From contig JADZCK010000015.1 in NCBI GenBank assembly GCA_020851595.1, positions 1,047 to 25,046 on the forward strand: DNA of 24,000 bases, given 5' to 3'. The notes below the pieces were generated by a model that was not told the DNA's origin, did no database searches, and saw nothing but the letters and a program-made list of their open reading frames with translations. The position numbers were made by a program, and so were the translations under genes. Below are positions 14,958 to 23,700 of this stretch, piece by piece; the stretch's first letter is position 1; every line of letters begins with the position of its first letter. Source of the DNA: Candidatus Nomurabacteria bacterium (GTDB lineage: Bacteria > Patescibacteriota > Minisyncoccia > Phycocordibacterales > UBA9973).

Positions 14958-15011
14958 GTTTCCAGCGCAGAGTTTCTAAATTTGTTTTTGGAAATTGTGT
15001 GCTGGAAACAG
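14958..15011 (+). repeat. Element B, copy 2
   Basis: See copy 1. It lies 26 nt downstream of the hammerhead and 53 nt upstream of the ORF4 SD. Confidence 0.85.
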
Positions 15012-15077
15012 TAGAAAGCCCGTAAATCCTGACTTTCTGTTTTTTACAGATAAGCAGGTGGGCAAAAGGGAGAAAAA

Positions 15078-15899
15078 ATGTTCAGGATCAGAGAAAAGTT
15101 TGTTTTTGACGAGTCAAGATGTCCCGCTCTTTACGAGTGGAAGTACCCCCACTCGTTCCTTGCCGGCACAATCGCCGGCTGGTCCATCTTCTATCTGAAG
15201 ACCGGGAGGAATGCGGGGAATCGAGCGTTGATTGCTCGGTCCCCTGAAGGACTTTGGGGCTGGGCCCCGAAGCTCCACGATAACGTCCTCCTTGCCCTCG
15301 GAGAGGAGCTGGAGAGTGTAAAAGGAACCCTCCGCCTTCTGGCCAATTGCCAGGAGGCAGAGAAGCTCTGGGACATCAAAGATGTCCCGGGGTTCTCCAG
15401 CACCGATTCTGATTCATTGACGTATCACCATGATAAGTGGTATACGTCATCGTTGGTGGCGGCACCGTTGCCGCCACCGTCCTGGGCACCTGATGCCCAG
15501 GCTTGGTCCATCCGCGAGGGCGTATACATCGCCTTCCCGGATGATTCGTTCCGACTCGCGCGTGGACGCGAGTATCACGGGTTCCCCTTTGAGGGGAAAC
15601 CGGTCGCCCGACAGGGTGACTGCCTGATCTTCAGCCAACCTGAGGGGTGGGAGGCTCCGGTCAACCCTCTCACCAAAAAGTTTGATCGGTGGCAGGACAT
15701 GCTGGTGTATGACGGCGAGTTCACACTCGACCGCCACCACTTCGAGCCCGTAGAGGGCACTCAGGAATGGGTTTTGACCCATCCTGAACACAAAACTCTA
15801 AGAGTCCAGGCTCCAGAGCCTGGGCTTGGCACTACGTTCTGGGCAGCCCTTGTGCCTGGAACGTCGCGACCTTTCGGCAGTGGAGAGAATCTGGATTAA
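15078..15899 (+). CDS. Island ORF4, hypothetical protein (273 aa), GC-rich
   Basis: ATG lies 5 nt after AAGGGAG. The first codons are AT-rich and the rest is GC-rich. No family recognised. Confidence 0.7.
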   Translation: MFRIREKFVFDESRCPALYEWKYPHSFLAGTIAGWSIFYLKTGRNAGNRALIARSPEGLWGWAPKLHDNVLLALGEELESVKGTLRLLANCQEAEKLWDIKDVPGFSSTDSDSLTYHHDKWYTSSLVAAPLPPPSWAPDAQAWSIREGVYIAFPDDSFRLARGREYHGFPFEGKPVARQGDCLIFSQPEGWEAPVNPLTKKFDRWQDMLVYDGEFTLDRHHFEPVEGTQEWVLTHPEHKTLRVQAPEPGLGTTFWAALVPGTSRPFGSGENLD

Positions 15900-15933
15900 A
15901 AACCAGAGATTCTTCACAAAAGGTTGAATCCAA

Positions 15934-15977
15934 TACCCCTCCGACCTAGGTCGGAGGGGTATTTTTGTTTCTTTTTT
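15934..15977 (+). terminator. Strong intrinsic terminator closing the island operon
   Basis: 12-bp stem tacccctccgac/gtcggaggggta around a ctag loop, followed by tttttgtttctttttt. Confidence 0.9.
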
Positions 15978-16005
15978 CATGTTTTTGTGCTATCATATGT
16001 GATAT

Positions 16006-16146
16006 ATGAAAAGTATTTTGCAGTTTTCAATTTCAAAAGGTGAGAAAAATTATATAGCCCAAGCGGTAGACTTTCCTATTTTTACTAAATCATCTATTTA
16101 TATTTCTGAAAAAGAATTAAAGGAATATTTCTATACTGAAAATTAA
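16006..16146 (+). CDS. Possible small ORF (46 aa), faint HicB-antitoxin-like N-terminal pattern
   Basis: MKSILQFSISKGEKNYIAQAVDFPIFTKSSIYISEKELKEYFYTEN. It has no clear SD and may be a gene remnant or non-coding. Confidence 0.25.
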   Translation: MKSILQFSISKGEKNYIAQAVDFPIFTKSSIYISEKELKEYFYTEN

Positions 16147-16159
16147 ATAAGCTTCTTTT

Positions 16160-17275
16160 TTAGTCTGCCCAAGAACGGTCAGCTCCGGGATTTTTGGCAC
16201 CATAAACTTCAAAGTGTAAGTGTGCACCGTTGCCACCTTTTGCAGCTCTGACGCGCCCGCTGTTCCCGACGTATCCTATCACTTCACCTTGAGAAACACT
16301 GGCTCCTGTAGATGTGGCTAGTTTAAACAAATGGCTATATAAAGTCTTTGTGCCATTTGGATGTTGAATAATAATCATATTTCCATAGGCTCCATTCCAA
16401 CCCATACGAGCGAGTAACACTGTACCGGATGCAGCAGCGTAAATAGGAGTACCAATAGGCGCAGCGAGATCTACGGCATTTTTACCGTGTAAACCTTGCG
16501 TCTTAATATATCCAGGAACTGGGTTTATAAAATACCCAGCAATATTTTTAAGAGAAGTTTTTGGATAATAATTTTTTGGTTTTGAAGTAGAACTAGTGTT
16601 TTCAGATGGACCGTCTACAGATATCTCGCCATCAGGGATGATGAGCTCGTCACCAACAGCAAGTGTTGCGTTTTCTGCCAAATCATTAAAATCAGCAATA
16701 TCTGTTATGTCCGCGTTGTATTTTTGAGCAATGCTTTTTAGAGTCTGGCCTTTAGTTACAATGTGTTTTACCCCAGAAACAGGCAAAATAATCAAAACCT
16801 GCCCTTCTTTTAAGGCATCTCCCTTTTTTATATCGTTCGCCCAAAGGATAGTGTTTACCGATACATCAAACATGTTTGCTATACCAGAAAATGAATCTCC
16901 TTTCCGTACAACATATACACTAATCTGATCGTAAGAAGAATCGGAATTTTTGGAAGTACCATCAGAAACTCCCAGGGGGCCGACAGAAGAAGAAAGAGCG
17001 CTATCCGCAACCACTTTGTCTGTATTATCATCTTTAACATCTATATCTTTATTCTTTTCATCTTTCTTTTCTAAAACTGACGCAGAAGAAACATTTGCCT
17101 GTAAAAGGGAAATGTTTTGAGAATTTGTCCCTGCTCTAGGAACCGCAGAGGTACTTGTATCAGTTTCTGCCTCTGCATGAGCCTGATCTCCTGTTCCAAA
17201 AAGAGAAGAAAGAAAACCAGCCTGCACCGAATGGGCGGGAACCAAAAGAGTCCCAAACAACAAGAAAAAGGACAA
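16160..17275 (-). CDS. Secreted LysM-domain M23 family metallopeptidase
   Basis: Two LysM repeats (YVVRKGDSFSGIANMF...ILP and HIVTKGQTLKSIAQKY...IIP) and a C-terminal M23 core (...GKNAVDLAAPIGTPIYAAASGTV...GYVGNSG...GAHLHFEV). The TTG start is uncertain: the frame stays open upstream and encodes KLKFKILRS, which would complete a signal-peptide n-region. Confidence 0.88.
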   Translation of the reverse strand: MSFFLLFGTLLVPAHSVQAGFLSSLFGTGDQAHAEAETDTSTSAVPRAGTNSQNISLLQANVSSASVLEKKDEKNKDIDVKDDNTDKVVADSALSSSVGPLGVSDGTSKNSDSSYDQISVYVVRKGDSFSGIANMFDVSVNTILWANDIKKGDALKEGQVLIILPVSGVKHIVTKGQTLKSIAQKYNADITDIADFNDLAENATLAVGDELIIPDGEISVDGPSENTSSTSKPKNYYPKTSLKNIAGYFINPVPGYIKTQGLHGKNAVDLAAPIGTPIYAAASGTVLLARMGWNGAYGNMIIIQHPNGTKTLYSHLFKLATSTGASVSQGEVIGYVGNSGRVRAAKGGNGAHLHFEVYGAKNPGADRSWAD

Positions 17276-17339
17276 AACAGATCTTAAAATTTTAAATTTG
17301 AGTTTTATAAAACAAACTAAATATCGCGAGATTTCCTTT

Positions 17340-17468
17340 TCTAGCCTTTTAATGTAAGGATAGAATTACAGGACGACCATAAGGTTCTGCAAAACAAAGG
17401 TTCTCACGATGGTTACTGTCGGTCCCGAAAAGTCAGTCATTTAACATCCATACCCCTATTCAGAAGAT
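17340..17468 (-). promoter_or_regulatory. Long structured 5' leader of the peptidase gene; possible ydaO/c-di-AMP-type riboswitch
   Basis: Minus-strand RNA contains CCGACAGUAACCAUCGUGAG (17422-17403). This resembles the conserved 3' core CCGnCAGCUAACCnCGnAAG of ydaO RNAs as I recall it. AAUAGGGGUAUGG lies upstream. The gene context (cell-wall hydrolase) fits. Not verified by a covariance model. Confidence 0.3.
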
Positions 17469-17474
17469 GCCCTA

Positions 17475-17503
17475 ATGATAGCCCAAAAGGGGCCAAAAGT
17501 CAA
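17475..17503 (-). promoter_or_regulatory. Putative promoter of the peptidase gene (TTGACT-17 nt-TATCAT)
   Basis: On the minus strand the -35 is at 17503-17498 and the -10 at 17480-17475. This would give a ~190-nt leader. Confidence 0.55.
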
Positions 17504-17506
17504 TCT

Positions 17507-17550
17507 GGCAAGTTTTGACTGTGGATAACTTCTGGCAGTCAAAACTTGCC
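17507..17550. promoter_or_regulatory. Perfect 15-bp inverted repeat between divergent promoters
   Basis: ggcaagttttgactg (17507-17521) / cagtcaaaacttgcc (17536-17550), with a 14-nt spacer. It directly abuts the -35 of the peptidase promoter. Confidence 0.6.
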
Positions 17551-17578
17551 CAAAACCCCCCGAAATCCACCCAAAATT

Positions 17579-17607
17579 TTGTTGAAAACAAACTTGTGGG
17601 GTATAAT
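17579..17607 (+). promoter_or_regulatory. Putative promoter of the 17619 gene cluster
   Basis: TATAAT at 17602-17607, with TTGTTG 17 nt upstream. The ATG at 17619 is only 11 nt downstream, so the mRNA is near-leaderless. Confidence 0.5.
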
Positions 17608-17618
17608 ACTTGCACAAC

Positions 17619-19178
17619 ATGAAAGAAAAGTCTCCTGAAAATTATATTAATACTAGAAAAATAACCGACGAGGAGGCTTTGTATTTTGTAGAACACTTAA
17701 CAGAAGGACAGGAGATATTTAGTGGTAAAGAAAGGCTTGTTTTTGTTAAAAACATTTCAAATGGGAAAAAAGTCGTTTTGATTGACCCAGAACATTTAGA
17801 CAAAAATGGTAAGCCCCCAAAACATACCTTTTTAAAAGAAATACTCGTAGACATAATCAAACAAAACCCTATAAATATTCAAGATTTTGGAGCAACAGTC
17901 AAAAAAAGCGACCCAGAATTAGAAGAATTCAGAAAAGCTCAGAAAAAAGCAGTATTGTTGGAAAAGATAGGAAAAGAAGGCCTGCCTTTTATAGAAACAC
18001 TATCGGTAAGTGAAATAAAAGACAAAGACGTAGCCAAAAAAATAGCAGAGGTGAAGAAATTTGCAAAAATCGGGGAAGAGTCTCCTTACGGAAAATTGTC
18101 TATAAAAGAAATAAAAGAAAGAGCACTAAAAAATAAAGGGGGAAAAGTAAAAGCTCCGCAACAAATAGAAGCAAAAGAATCTTGGACAGAAAAAATATTA
18201 AAGAAGGTTGAAGAGAAAAGAAAAAAAGTTTTAGAAACATTTGTAAAAAAAAGTGGGTATTATGGAAAACTCGTACTTAAGGGAGCTACAGCTCTAGTAG
18301 CGTCTGTGGGTATTTTGCACGGAGAACTTGGAAGAAACACAGAAATATACACCTCTGCAAACACAAAAGTGGAAGAACCTGCGCCAAAACAAGAAACAGC
18401 AGAGGAAATATTAAAAAAAATAGAAGGACAGTTTGCAGAAAAAAATAATCGAGCAGAACAAATCAGAGAAGAATATGAAGAAAGAGAGGATTTTGCACAA
18501 AATGCTTTTAGAAAAGGAGAGGTGTCTGCAAAAGAAGCATTTGAAAATCCTATTTCGGGACAAACAGTAAAAAAAGAGGAAGGCTCGACAGAAGCCCCTG
18601 TATTTGAAACAGTTTACCCTTTGGAAATAAATCCAGAAAAAGATTTGGAGTTAAGAAAACAAGCAGAAGAGGAAGCAATAAAAGACTATTTAAAAAGTCT
18701 TGAGAACGGACAAACCGTAACAAACGAAACTAATGAAAAAGAAGAAGGAGTGCAAGAACTTTCTGCCCCAACACCCGAGCAAGTATATGAAGCAGAATCT
18801 ACCCCAACAAAAGTAGAAGAAGAAATCATTCCAGAACCTGAACCAGTTTCACCAAAAGAACAAGAAGAAATAAAACCAACACTGGTGGAATACCACCCCC
18901 TAACCCCCGAAACAATAAAAAATAAAGAAGATTTGATAAGTTACGTTTGCGAAAATGAATATGATCAAGAATTAAGATGGGGTCAATTGAAATATCTTAA
19001 GGCTGATGAAGTCATAAAACACAAAGGAATATCTAGTGTTGACCCAGCTTTTGAACGTTTGGCAAAATGTTTAAGAGAATTTAGAAAAAAAATAGGTGAA
19101 CCAAAAAGAAATTTATTGGGTATGCGTGATACCGTAGAGTCTTATGTTAACAAATGGATAAAATCTTTTAAAAAATAA
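17619..19178 (+). CDS. E/K-rich hypothetical membrane protein (519 aa)
   Basis: Track ORF trimmed to the first ATG. It has one hydrophobic segment, GKLVLKGATALVASVGILHG, and long low-complexity E/K/P stretches. Confidence 0.7.
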   Translation: MKEKSPENYINTRKITDEEALYFVEHLTEGQEIFSGKERLVFVKNISNGKKVVLIDPEHLDKNGKPPKHTFLKEILVDIIKQNPINIQDFGATVKKSDPELEEFRKAQKKAVLLEKIGKEGLPFIETLSVSEIKDKDVAKKIAEVKKFAKIGEESPYGKLSIKEIKERALKNKGGKVKAPQQIEAKESWTEKILKKVEEKRKKVLETFVKKSGYYGKLVLKGATALVASVGILHGELGRNTEIYTSANTKVEEPAPKQETAEEILKKIEGQFAEKNNRAEQIREEYEEREDFAQNAFRKGEVSAKEAFENPISGQTVKKEEGSTEAPVFETVYPLEINPEKDLELRKQAEEEAIKDYLKSLENGQTVTNETNEKEEGVQELSAPTPEQVYEAESTPTKVEEEIIPEPEPVSPKEQEEIKPTLVEYHPLTPETIKNKEDLISYVCENEYDQELRWGQLKYLKADEVIKHKGISSVDPAFERLAKCLREFRKKIGEPKRNLLGMRDTVESYVNKWIKSFKK

Positions 19179-19183
19179 TTTTC

Positions 19184-19423
19184 ATGAACAAAACAGGACA
19201 AAATACAGATGTTTCAGCACGTTTAAATAAATTAATATTTGAAGCGGTATTGATGCGTGTTTTGCCGATGCTCTCCGAAGAAAATCTTACAGAGTACGAA
19301 AAAATAATTGATTCAAAAGAAGTAGGCGAAGTGCTTTGGAATTTTTTAAAATCAAAAGTTCCGAATTTTGAAAATATAGTAAAAGAAGAGGAAGAAATTT
19401 TGAGAAAAGAATTGGAAAAATAA
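19184..19423 (+). CDS. Small helical protein (79 aa), resembles small proteins common in Patescibacteria (possibly DUF5663-like)
   Basis: The pattern LNKLIFEAVLMRVLPMLSEENLTEYEKII....EVLWNFLKSKVPNFENIVKEEEE resembles that family. The family name is from memory only. Confidence 0.6.
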   Translation: MNKTGQNTDVSARLNKLIFEAVLMRVLPMLSEENLTEYEKIIDSKEVGEVLWNFLKSKVPNFENIVKEEEEILRKELEK

Positions 19424-19485
19424 ACCGAAAAAGTTTGTTTAAATAGCGTTTAAAATTTAAAAGGGATATAATCTAAATAATTTAT

Positions 19486-20737
19486 ATGCCAAGAGAAACC
19501 TTAAAAATAATAGGGAGAAAAGTTCCCAAAAAAAAACACCGAGTTAAATGGTATCGTTTCTGATCAAAACAAAAACTCTTATAAAAAATCTCACAAAGAG
19601 AACTTTGATATTAGTATAAATAATCTAAAAAATAAATACCCATCAAGAAATATCCAGAAAACCAAAGAGAGCGTTGCTAAAAAAACAAAAAAAACTGTAG
19701 TAGAAAAACCAATTCCAGTAAAAATTGAAACACCTCCTCAAACTGAGGAAGAAATAGTAGACACTATCGTAGAACCTCGAGTTATAAAAGAAGAATTTAA
19801 CACACCTGAACCTATTACAGAAAACAGTGAAGACGTGTTTGGAATAGAGAACAAACCAATTGATTTAAAGGCACCTGACCAAGAAAATATTTTTGGCGTG
19901 GAACCCACACCAATAGTTAAAGAAGAAGATAATGTTGCAAAAAAAATAGCAGAAGTAAAAAAAAGACTTGCGGAGATAGAAAAATTAAAAGCAAAAAGTC
20001 TAAAAATACCAGAACCAGTAAACCTTGAACCAACCGAAAAACCTACAGAGTACGCACCAGCTGTTTCTGTGCCACCTTCGGTTTCCGAAGAAGCTCCTGC
20101 GCCCATAGAAAAAGAAAAAAATGAATTTGTTGTAGGACAAGTTGTAAAAATAAAAAGATCACCAAGCTCTGGTGGGCAAATTGAAGATGGTTGGATTGTC
20201 TCTGGTTTTACCGAAGATGGCAAGGTTATTGTCCGCGGAAAAACAATCGCAAAAGAAGGCGGAGTAAATGAATATCAACAAAGAACAGTGACACAAGAAA
20301 CACTTATTAATTGGCAAAAACTTGAAGCTGAAATAGATATAAGAGAAACAAACAATAAAGAGGAAGAGAGTTCTGAAAAGGATGATGTACTTAAGACAAT
20401 CGTAGGTGCAAGACACAGACTAGAAGATTTAGAGAAAGCAAAAAAAGCAGCATTGGATAAAATGGAGAAAGAAAAGAAAGAAGAGATGGTAAAAGCAACA
20501 CTAGAAATAGAAAGATTATCTCGAGAAAAAAGTGCTTTAGATAAAAAAATTTTTTTATTAAACACAGAATATCAAAAATTACAAAAAAGAAATGACTCTT
20601 TTTGGTCTAAAATAACCTTTGGAATATTTGTCGATGAAGAAAAAATGATGGAGCTTTCAGATGAAATAGCAACTCTAGAATCACAACAAAATACATTAAA
20701 AGAAGCGATAGAAAAAACGAGCAGATTATTAAATTAA
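19486..20737 (+). CDS. E/K/P-rich hypothetical protein whose frame is split at an A9 tract (19528-19536)
   Basis: ATG at 19486 (frame 1) gives MPRETLKIIGRKVPKKK..., stopping at 19561. Frame 2 is open from 19514 through 20737, that is 107 stop-free codons upstream of the track's GTG at 19835 in an AT-rich genome. The two frames overlap only around the A9 run. Confidence 0.55.
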
Positions 20738-20763
20738 TTAAATAATTAATTTACAGAAACAAT

Positions 20764-23700
20764 ATGACAATGGATCAACCACCAAAAAACGGAGAAGAAA
20801 TAAAAAACGAAAAAATTCTTTTAGAAATTGAAGAAACCTTGAAAATTATTGAGAAAGCGAAAGAAGAAGCTATTTGGCAATTGTCGCAAAGACAAGCAAT
20901 AATAAACCCTAATGACGAGGAAAGAATGGCAATAGCTGATTTTAAAGAACAAATAGAATTTTTTGAAAGAGAAAAAAGAAATCTAGAAAGAAGAAAAGCT
21001 GAAATTTTAAATACACAAAACGAAAGCCCCACACCAGAACCTGAAAAGCAACCACAAGAAGCAGAAAACCCCGAAGATGTTTTTGGGTTAGGGGAAGAAA
21101 CACCCGCTAATTTACAACCTGAATTAGAGATAGAACCTGAGTCTACTACTAAAATTTTACCAACAGAGACACCACAAGCTGTTGGAGAACAAACCCAACC
21201 AGAGCAAGAAAAACAACAAGAAAAAACAGAAGAATTAAAAGGTGAGATAAAAACATTTGTAGAAGAATTAAAACTAGAAGCCCTTTTGCCAAAAGAATTT
21301 AATAAGTTAACCGAAGCTCAACAAACAAAAGTAATACAAGATTTAAAACGTAGAATTGTCGACATTGTAAAATCAGATGCACAGACTCAGTATGCAGAAA
21401 AATTAAAAGATAGAGCTCTGTGGAATTCTGGAATACTAAAAATATTTGAATTTGTAGAAAAAGCACAAAATGCTTTATACAAAAAAGAAAAAGATTTACA
21501 AAATACAGAAAATGAAATTTTTACGAGATTTATAAAACAAAACAGAACAACTAATGAACTAATAAAACAAGATTTAGAAATACTAACAGCTAGAACAAAA
21601 GGAAGAGATGTGGTAGTAGAAAACGGAAAAGCTTATTTTAACTATTTTACAGGTAGCTCTGTGCTAATGGCAGGAGAACCAAATGTGCATAATTTTAACG
21701 AGAAAACTCATGGTTTTGTAAATATGCCTTATGAATGGGGACAAGAAAAGAGTGGTAAAAATAAAAAAACTTATGATAATGCAAAAAGAGAATACGAAGA
21801 AACGAGGAAAATAATACTAAAACAGGAAAATATAACACCAAAAGAAAAAGCAAGATTAACACAAAAAATGCTAGAAACAGACAACCTTGTAAAAATGGAA
21901 CAACTTTTGAATACTCATCCTGAGTTTGAAAAAGCTTTAAAAGATTTTGGAGAAAGTGCAAAAGGGCTAGAATTAATTAAAACTGGTAAAAAATTCTTGA
22001 AATCAATAACATTAGAACGAGAAAAACTTATGACTGCCAAAACAAAAACCAGATGGAGCACCAAAGCTGCAGCAATGTTTGTGGGTGGTACGATAGGAAC
22101 CACTATTACAGCTATAGCAGCGCCTGCTATCGGTGGAGTGGTTGGTTATTATAGAGGCAGAATGCGCGCAAAAGAAACTCTTACAGAAAGACAAATAAAA
22201 GCAAGACATGGAGAAAAAGACGAGAGCGAAGAAGCGACAAACACAGAAGACGTAGAAAAATTAAACAAAAGAATGGAAGGTATTTTGGAAGCTTTCGAAA
22301 AAGCTGGCACAGAAGAAGAAAAAGCAAAAAAACTTGATCAAATCAAAAGAAGAATAGAATATACCCAAAATAAAATAGAATCTAAACTTGTAAATTTTGG
22401 AGATTCTAAAAATGCGTTAAATAATCAATTTAATTTGGTAAACAATTTAAATAAAGCTTTGATAATTGCAGCTAGCTTAGAACAAACAACACGAAAAGAT
22501 ATAGATGCTAGACTAAAACAATTTCTTTCTTATAAAACAAAAAATATAAATGAGGTCCAAACTGTGTTTATTAAAAAGCAAGCAAGAAATAGCGCTCTGT
22601 TTGGGGCTGGATTTGCAACTGCTGGTTATATTGCGCGTTGGGCCGGAGAACATTTCGGCTGGTGGGAACGCACTGATAAAATAAAAACAGAAACACCAAA
22701 AATCACAAAAGAAGTAAAGCCAGAATTAGAGAAGACTGATAACTCTATAAAGCAAGAGATAATCCCTTCAAAAACACCAACGCCAAAACTCACACAGACT
22801 CCAAACCCAACAAATACACCAGAAATAAAGACCGTAGAAAAAATAAAACCTGAAGTACCCATAGAAAAAGAAATAGTAGCTCCGGTAGGAAAAGTAGCTG
22901 AAGTTTTTAAAGAGGAAAGTATTACTTTTAATAAAGGAAGTGGTGGTATTCAAGGAATAATTGACTTGAGGAGCCAAATAAAAAATCACTATAAAGGAGA
23001 TTATTCTGGTGCGCCACAAAGCGTACAGGAATTTATGAAAGAAAAGAATGTGATGAACTTGGCGAAAAAGCTTGGGTTCTTTGATCCTGATAGAAGAGAC
23101 GGAAAAGAGAGTGCTCTTATACAAGAAGGGTCGGTATTAAAATTTGACGAGAAGGGTAATCTTTTATTTGGAAAACCAGATGCGAATGGTAATGTTCCGG
23201 TATTAGAGAAATATCACGGAAAAATGTTTGATTCAGATCATAACGCAACAGCAAGTGAAAACACAGAAATAGCAGAACAAAATAATACAAAAACACATAC
23301 AATTGGATTAAAAGAAGAAACCTTCCCAACAAAAGAAGGACATCTAAACCCAGGAACAGCAGAAAATATATACGCTCCAAAAAAACATTCATTGGGAACA
23401 GGGGAAGAAAAATCATTTTTTGCTGATAAAATTGAAAAAATAAAAAATTTAAAAGAACAAATAGAAGCAAACATAGACGCAGAACGAACGGAAGGGTTGT
23501 CAGTTGATGAAAACTTAACTCCGACCGACAATTCAATTAATGAAACTTATAATAATACTATAAATAGCATTTTTCGAGAAAGCAAAAATGGAAACTGGGC
23601 GACAATAAGAGATGTGGGAACAAACCACTTTCTTCATAGTAATAATTATAATGAAGAAAATTATATAAATCTTAAAAATTATATAAATAAACTAATAGAA

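Noticed and set aside
13131-15011. Elements A and B considered as a CRISPR array, a DGR template/variable repeat pair, or type III toxin-antitoxin repeats.
   Set aside because: There are only two copies of each, separated by whole genes rather than short spacers. No cas genes, reverse transcriptase or tandem arrangement is present. The copy differences are two loop positions, not adenine-specific mutagenesis across a repeat.
13212-15011. Hairpins between promoterless foreign genes considered as integron attC sites in a cassette array.
   Set aside because: The architecture is suggestive: imperfect hairpins between GC-atypical, promoterless ORFs behind one promoter. However, the ends read GTTTCC...GGAAAC rather than RYYYAAC...GTTRRRY. 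No integron-type integrase or attI lies adjacent; the only tyrosine recombinase is a Xer-like gene 10 kb away. The G-U pairs also argue for RNA-level structure. This would be worth formally excluding with IntegronFinder.
12486-15791. Long antisense or alternative-frame ORFs inside the GC-rich island: 12486-12881(-), 12961-13281(-), 13343-13651(-), 13544-13885(+), 13614-13889(-), 14120-14707(-), 15447-15791(-) and others.
   Set aside because: High GC suppresses stop codons in all frames. None has an SD or promoter, and all overlap + strand ORFs that do have SD sites, AT-rich initiation regions or recognisable motifs (DEDDh). Their translations are Arg/Ser/Pro-rich low-complexity sequence typical of off-frame GC-rich DNA.
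12368-15998. Shared 8-mers at the island borders (tatcatat at 12368 and 15991; gtttttgt at 12378 and 15981) considered as target-site duplications.
   Set aside because: They appear in swapped order on the two sides, are short and AT-rich so chance matches are likely, and no terminal inverted repeats or transposase or integrase accompany them.
17472-17696. 74-aa minus-strand ORF spanning the divergent intergenic region.
   Set aside because: It overlaps two promoters, the 15-bp inverted repeat and the start of the 17619 gene. It has no SD and no recognisable sequence.
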